Position numbers and translations under genes: made by a program
NCBI RefSeq assembly: GCF_009914755.1
Contig: NC_060927.1
DNA: 64,000 nucleotides
Direction: 5' to 3' (one strand)
Source of the DNA: the human T2T-CHM13v2.0 reference genome, Homo sapiens
Notes under the pieces: model-generated
Databases searched by the model: none
Told to the model about the DNA's origin: nothing
The model's input: the letters and a program-made list of their open reading frames with translations, nothing else
Part shown: positions 54,110-64,000 of the stretch, in pieces
Numbering within the stretch: the stretch's first letter is position 1
Layout: every line of letters starts with the position of its first letter

Positions 54110-54850
54110 CATTCATTTATTTATTCAACAAACATTTATGAAAAACATACTATACCTATGTGGCAAGCTAGGAGATATGGAAATAAAAGAATCCCTAAAA
54201 ATGGATGATATTAAAATTAAATAGACAAAAATAATATGATGTAATAATGATATGACAGAGAAAGTCTCAGGGTAGGAGGCGGCTGCTAGAGTGCTTGGGA
54301 TAAACAATTGGAGGAGTGCACAAGGAGGAAAACGGGAGAGAGATACACCAAAGAGGGCTTCCTGGAGGAAGTAATAATAGCTGAGCTGAATTTGGAAGGA
54401 AAATGTAAGTTTGTCAGGTGAACAAGGGAAGGATATTCAAGGCAGGGGAATGTATACAAAGAAATGGAGATGTGAGCAGACACAGATTATTAAGGGGATT
54501 CTGTAGGATATGAAAATAGGGTATGAAGGAGGAATGCCCAAAAATTAGGCTTGAGAAATAGACAAGAGTCAGATCCTAAAAGGTTTTTATATGCTGTATT
54601 AAGGATTTAATTACAAGAGGAAGAGAGTTCCAAGGGAGGGTTTTAAATAAAGGAATAAACAGAAAGGATTTGTGTTTTGGAAACTTCATTCTGTAGCAGG
54701 ATACAGACTGGACCAGAGCAGCTGCATGGTATTGATTCAGGTAGGAAGTGATGATGGTCAGAATTGAGATACTATAACGGGAAGGGTGGGGCAAGGAGGT
54801 GGCTGCAGAAACAGGGATGGAAACAAAACAGGTATAAACTTTATCAAGAA
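54110..54850 (-). mobile_element. L2 remnant
   Basis: cattcattcatttatttattcaacaaacattta L2 3' end; agagggcttcctggaggaag. Confidence 0.75.
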
Positions 54851-54871
54851 GGGAAAATCAATAGATCCTGG

Positions 54872-55168
54872 GGCCTGGACCAGGTGGCTCATGCCTGTAA
54901 TCCCAGCACTTTGGGAGGCCGAGGTGGGCAGATTGCTTGAGGCCAAGAGTTAGAGACCAGCCTGGCCAACATAGCAAAACCTCATCTCTACAAAAAAAAA
55001 AATATACAAAAATTAGCCAGGTGTTGTGGTGCACGCCTGTAATTGTGCCTGTAATCCCAGCTACCTGGGAGGCTGAGGCACGAGAATCACTTGAACCTGA
55101 AAGGTGGAGTGCCACTGCACTCCAGCCTGGGAGATAAAGAGAGACTGTCTCAGAAAAAAAAAAAAATA
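54872..55168 (+). mobile_element. Alu
   Basis: Alu dimer with small indels. Confidence 0.92.
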
Positions 55169-55457
55169 ATAATCTGGGGACTGGATGAGAAAGAACTATG
55201 AGAAGAAAATCCATTACTCATTACGTGGAAAGGTGAAGCCTATTTTGTATTATTTATAATATATAGCATTAGAGTTTTAAAACTATAAGGGACTTTGTCT
55301 ATTTTCTCTATGAAGACACTATACAGAATCTTCATAAAGTGGAATTGCTCATTTTTTTCTTTTAAATGGCACTTTTTTCTATGCCTAGAACATTTTAGGA
55401 TAAAACTGAGTATCTCTTTCCCCTCTGTATATCAATATATTTATATGTAAGAAGCGA

Positions 55458-55458
<1 letters not shown>

Positions 55459-55504
<46 letters not shown>
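55459..55504. repeat. (TG)23 microsatellite
   Basis: Direct reading, pure repeat. Confidence 0.97.
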
Positions 55505-55507
<3 letters not shown>

Positions 55508-55511
55508 GAGA

Positions 55512-56617
<1,106 letters not shown>

Positions 56618-56964
56618 ATATGTAAAGTTTTCTCATAAAATACTAAATATTGAATAACTCATAAACTCACTAAATATACATTGAGTTTTTAGAGGCACAT
56701 ATTTAAAATAATTTGAAATACGGAAAGTAATTAGAATTTTTAAAATTTTAGACACTATGGTTGTATACAAATAGTTTAGCTGGAATAATTCAACCCCTGA
56801 GTTAAGCAGCTATAACTTAAGCAATATAAAACCAACGGTGGATAGTAAATGCATAAGGACAAACTGGTTTTAGTTATTCATTCTACCAACCACTGTGACT
56901 TTAGACTTAGTCAAGTTGAATGGAAACAAAGAAACTTGAATAGGTCAGAGAATTATAGGATTAC

Positions 56965-57153
56965 CTTGCATTTTTTCTTACGCTGGTTTAAAGAGGGTGG
57001 TATTAACCAGGCAAAAAGTCCTCTCAGAAGAGCTTGATATTCTGGTTCACACAGAGGTCCTTTCAGTGAATTCAACCAAGAAGACACAAGTGGTTCCCAT
57101 CCTAACTGTGAAGGCTCCAAATAAATCATACCACAACGACTTACAGTGGCAGG
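56965..57153 (-). CDS. DNAH12: DNAH12 exon (PATVSRCGMIY...RKKKCK)
   Basis: AG/GT bounded, 189 nt, completes the SPATVSRCG motif. Confidence 0.92.
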
Positions 57154-57292
57154 CTAGAGAAAAAAGGCAACTTTTTGCACTGTTGTTTTTATACCAGTGG
57201 CACCTGGCAATTATCAACTATTTCTTAAGATGACTTATGAGATCCTTTATAATCTAGCTCCCATCTGCTTCACATAGCTTCACACAGTCTAG

Positions 57293-57823
<531 letters not shown>

Positions 57824-58022
57824 TAAAGCACTAACATGTAGCTGTGTAATGGGATTATTAACATGCTTCTCATCCTCCCTAAACAAGCATACACTGTGTC
57901 TTATTCATCTTTATATTCCTAGTGCCTAACCCATTTTCTGACATATAATAAAAAATACTTATTGGCTAAATTAAAGAATGAAGAAATGAACAAACCACCA
58001 TTGTATTAAATTATGAACTTAC

Positions 58023-58106
58023 GGATGCCTGGGAAAGGTCCATTGTTTCAAAGATGAGGCTCATTTGGGGGGACATCTGAATGATTTCTCCACTCATAAG
58101 GCAAAG
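58023..58106 (-). CDS. DNAH12: DNAH12 exon (LCLMSGEII...DLSQAS)
   Basis: ttttAG acceptor, TCC|GTAAGT donor, 84 nt. Confidence 0.95.
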
Positions 58107-59191
58107 CTAAAAGCAATTATTTTTCAAATGTTTATTTTTTAAAATTTCAAGTTTCTCAGATAAAAATTTATACTATGTATAAAATAAAGTAGCTCCTGTG
58201 ATATAATGGAATAAGAATTAGAATGGAAGCCAGAAAATCTTAATTCTAGGTCTAGCCCTGTTAATTATTAAGTATTTAAGCAAATACTTAACATCTCCGA
58301 GTCTCAGTCTCTTCATCTATAAAACAGGGATAATAGTGCTCTTGTAGAATTGTAGGAAGGGGGACTATAAGACAAAGTCCAAAACCTATAAAATCCTATA
58401 CAAATATCGGCTATTAAGAAAATTAAGTGAAATACTCCTGAATTTATAAAGTGACCATAGACCTTTTTATTAAATTAAAAAATAGAAAATAGAGAATAGC
58501 ATGCGTACTCTTATACCCAGCTCATAGATTTAATCAATGTTAAGATTTTGCCATATTGCCATTACCTTTTTAAAAAAACAGTTTAAAGAGCATTATAGAC
58601 ATCACATCATGGCATTTCACATTCAAATGCCTATGTTTCCAAAAAATAAGTATATTTTCTATGTAATCACAATAACATTATCACACCTAACAAAATGAAT
58701 AATTCTTTATTATCATCTAATACTCAGTCAATACTCAAATTTCCTCAGTTGTACCAGAAATGTCTTTTCAATGGATTTATTTAAAGCAAAATTCAATCAA
58801 AGACTATGCATTGAGTTTTTTATGTCTCCTTGGTCTCTTAATCTAAAACATTTCTTCTTTTATCAAATATGTCAAAAACTGAATTTATCAACTGCTTCCT
58901 TTCCCTCAAATTTCTGTCTTGTCTATTATTAAAGCCATCCTATCTCCTCAATCTCTTTGGCTTGCAGCTATGGAATTATCATTAACTTTTAATAGTATTA
59001 TTATTATTAACTTGATACCTAAATTAATTTTATTACTAAGTCTTTTAAATTCTTGTACATTTAGTTTTCAGTGTTTCCTTTCTGCTTTTACAATCATCAC
59101 TTTAGTTCCAGTTTTTCCCCTATCTAGTCACATGTCAACAATGAGAAATTTAACATTTGTGGATTCCGTTTCTTAGCTGTAAAATGAATGA

Positions 59192-59412
59192 TCTAGAGGT
59201 GGATTGTCCAATACGGTAGCTGCTAGCCATATGTGGCTATTTATATTTAATTTTAGCTAACTAAAACTAAATAAAATTTAAAATTCAGTTCTTCAACTGC
59301 ACTAATCCACACTTCAAATGCTCAGTAGCCACATGTGACTAGTAGCTACCTTCTCAGAGAACACAGATAGTTGCAGTATTGTAAAAAGTTCTACTGGACA
59401 TGCTGGTCTAGA
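59192..59412. mobile_element. MER3-like hAT-Charlie MITE
   Basis: tgtccaatacggtagc...agccacatgtgactag...ggaca with internal inverted symmetry; tctaga flanks. Confidence 0.8.
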
Positions 59413-60497
59413 ATACTTTTAATCTTTGACCAGATTATTTCAGCAAACATCCTCCTAACTCTGCACAAATTTGAAAGGTAGGGTCAGCATTCTCCTCACT
59501 GCCCTGTGTTGTTTCCCAACTACTTCTATTCCACCCCCAGTGACAACCCGTTTTTTCCCTGCCACTCAACAGTACTCAGTGATTCCCTCCTCAATAGCTA
59601 AAGTCCTTGGGACATGGCCTAATCTCACTCTCTACTATAACTCTGGCCTGATCCAGTGTTTATAAAGACTGAGAATCTCAACACAGCTGCCCATCAGATC
59701 CTTGACCACCTTGCTCCACTCCAGCTGTCCACTTTATGTATCTGGGACCTTCTCTCCAGAAATAATACACAATTCTGAAATATTAAATTCATGTATCTCA
59801 GTCTCTGCCCACAGCCTCCAATCCATCCAGTTATTTCATTCATTGTCTCCTACTACACTTGCTCCTCATTTTCCCAATATTTTCACATCCCTGATGTTTT
59901 CACTTCTTTCATTAGGCAGCTTTTGTCCTATGGTCTAATGCTTCTACCATTCTCATGTCAATAACTTTGAAGTCTTACTATATTTCCAGGCCTACAATAT
60001 TACCTATGCCTAAGCTGCTTAGACTGGTAGAGAGTACCTCACAAAGGCAGACCTTGGTACTACTAATGATAATTTATGGTCTTCCACTCAATCAGGCTCT
60101 CAGTGCTACCCAGAAGTGCTTCTATGTTTTCCTAGGTAGCTCTCTTTCCCATCTTCCACAAAGGCTAATTTAAGTCTCTTCTTTTATCCTCAATTTTGCA
60201 AAGAACCAAGGCCCATCACTTCACGAAGAAAAGAGAAATCATCACAAGGATTTGCCTTCAAATTTCCACAGTCAAATCCATACACTCACCTATAGCTGTC
60301 TTTTCATAATTCCCTCTCATGCAGTAAGAGACAATCCATCTGCTTGGCTCTGAACCCTTAGACTTCACTCTACAATTAGAATAACCTTCCTGCTTCTTCT
60401 CTATTTACTTTCTACCCTAAGCTCAACCAATATTACTGAATGCATGAAAGAAGGAATGTGAATGACTAACCACCTATGATAAAGTACTTCAGTATAT

Positions 60498-60811
<314 letters not shown>

Positions 60812-61697
60812 TGAGTGTATCTTTAAATGCTAATTAAATGAGTTTGTTTATTTAGTAGGGCAGTCATTTCATGTAAGTATGGAAATAATCTGTGATATAT
60901 TCACACACTAGGATACTAATATAGACATAAATAAGTTAACAAAACTGAACTACAGTAATATGAACATCACACATATATTGATTTAAAAAAAACACTGAAG
61001 AATATGATTCCAATGTATTAAGTTCAAGAGCTGGCAAAACTAATTCATCATAGAAGTCAGAAGAGTGATTATCTCTGGAGGAAGATAAACAAACTAGGAA
61101 GGAACATGAGTGAACCTTGTAGGGTATAGGAAATTTCATGTGTCATTTTTTAGGTGATGATTATGTGAGTATACAAACACATTTTAAAAATCATAGAATC
61201 TACACTTGAAATTGGTATACATTTTATACCTTATATATGTTGTCTCTCAATTAAAATAAATATTAGAATACTTTCACTTTCTAGTTCTTTTGTATATCTC
61301 ATAGCGCCGAAGGTGATATACTGTATATAAACGCTGAAGCATTCCATGTTTTCAAAAGGAATTAGGCTTTTGTTATTTTATCCTAAAATACTGAAGTTCT
61401 ATAAGAAACCATAAGACTGAAGTCACTTAACAACTTATTCTCACCCTAGATTACTATGTCTTCTGGCTAACACAGTAATTTTAATACAATATACTTTCAT
61501 TCTACAAAAAAAAAAAAAAATTAACCCAAGGACTTACTATAGCAGTTTTCATTGAAAAGAGAATTTATAAACCTACTCAACTTGCTGCATCCTTTATTTT
61601 TGCATCCTTTATTTTAAATAGAGTCCTAGTTTAGTTGCTGAACACATAAAATTGCTTAATCATGGCTGAATCTGCTTCTCTTTTGATCATGATTTAC

Positions 61698-61838
61698 CTT
61701 TTTATTATCATCCAATACTGTGTTCATGCTCTCTATCCACAAAGTGTCAATAGGACCATCAAATACAACCCATTTCCGGTCAGGTGTTTCTGATAAGGCA
61801 AATTCTCTAAAAGTGTTAGCCACAATACCATCAGTCCA
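61698..61838 (-). CDS. DNAH12: DNAH12 exon, AAA2 Walker B (WTDGIVA...[24 protein letters not shown])
   Basis: AG/GT bounded, 141 nt, conserved dynein motif; absent from the ORF track. Confidence 0.95.
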
Positions 61839-61975
61839 CTGAGGAGGAAAAAAAAGAATTAAAAAGCTCTCCTCATAAAATTAGATTTAGGAGTAAAACT
61901 ATGAAAATACTTCACGTTTCTTGTTTTAACAGGCACTTTCCATAAGAGAGTTGGGAATACTTATATTTAGGTTAC

Positions 61976-62159
61976 CTCATGAGACACTGGGTCAAACTGT
62001 CCAAAAAGTTGGCCCATAGTAATAGATTTGGGGTTTACAGTTCTATAAATGACCTTTTCTTCCTCTCCATAGCCATGTTCATTCATTAAAGTTAGCGTAT
62101 CCGCCAGCACATGCAGAACTTTTGTCTTAGCAGCAAAAGGCTCTCCTACTAACATAAAA
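61976..62159 (-). CDS. DNAH12: DNAH12 exon, AAA2 Walker A region ([14 protein letters not shown]...FDPVSHE)
   Basis: tcatAG acceptor, GAG|GTAAC donor, 184 nt, phase 2 to 0. Confidence 0.93.
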
Positions 62160-62469
62160 CTATGAAGGAAAAGAAATAATTATACAATAAGAGTCTTTAA
62201 AGAGTTAAATAATTTATATCAGTATATAAAACTTTACCCTGTGATAATTACTACTTATAATTTTTGAAATCATATGAATTTTTCTCAGACATGAAGAAAA
62301 CATATTTAATTTCTGAACTGATTGACTACAAATCAAATTCTTCACTGTAATATTATTTTCTCCAAAAGGGAATATAATAAACAATCTCCAAATGACAATG
62401 AAAACTTATTATCTGTGTACTCTTAAAAAAACTAAACCTGAAGCCCACTAAGGAGAGAACTGGGAAAGA

Positions 62470-64000
<1,531 letters not shown>

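Noticed and set aside
61586-61615. 15-bp tandem duplication tgcatcctttatttt
   Set aside because: Ordinary micro-duplication with no functional cue.

Overview
Human-like (primate, ~42 Alus) genomic DNA spanning the middle of an axonemal inner-arm dynein heavy chain gene on the minus strand, which I recognise as DNAH12. By hand I reconstructed 25 consecutive coding exons between 62159 and 3664. They total 4104 nt (~1368 codons), are phase-compatible and contain no stops. They encode AAA2, AAA3, AAA4, the coiled-coil stalk with its microtubule-binding domain (MTBD), and the start of the AAA5 region. Both gene ends lie outside the window. Introns are mostly Alu, L1, L2, MIR, MaLR/ERVL LTR and Tigger/hAT DNA transposon sequence. 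Repeat subfamily names are by eye and their boundaries are approximate. I see no evidence of a wholly new gene system. The strongest second-look items are: (1) an L1PA insertion carrying a ~165-bp 3' transduction inside one TSD pair (16944-17553); (2) a head-to-head fused Alu pair containing a 58-bp Alu-derived tandem repeat (24696-25329); (3) a candidate 150-nt poison exon in the MTBD-flap intron; (4) a GC-AG intron; (5) a degenerate AAA2 P-loop (GEPFAAKT); (6) an in-frame alternative splice route; and (7) three intronic palindromes carrying GATA, NR5A/ERR and kappaB-type motifs.
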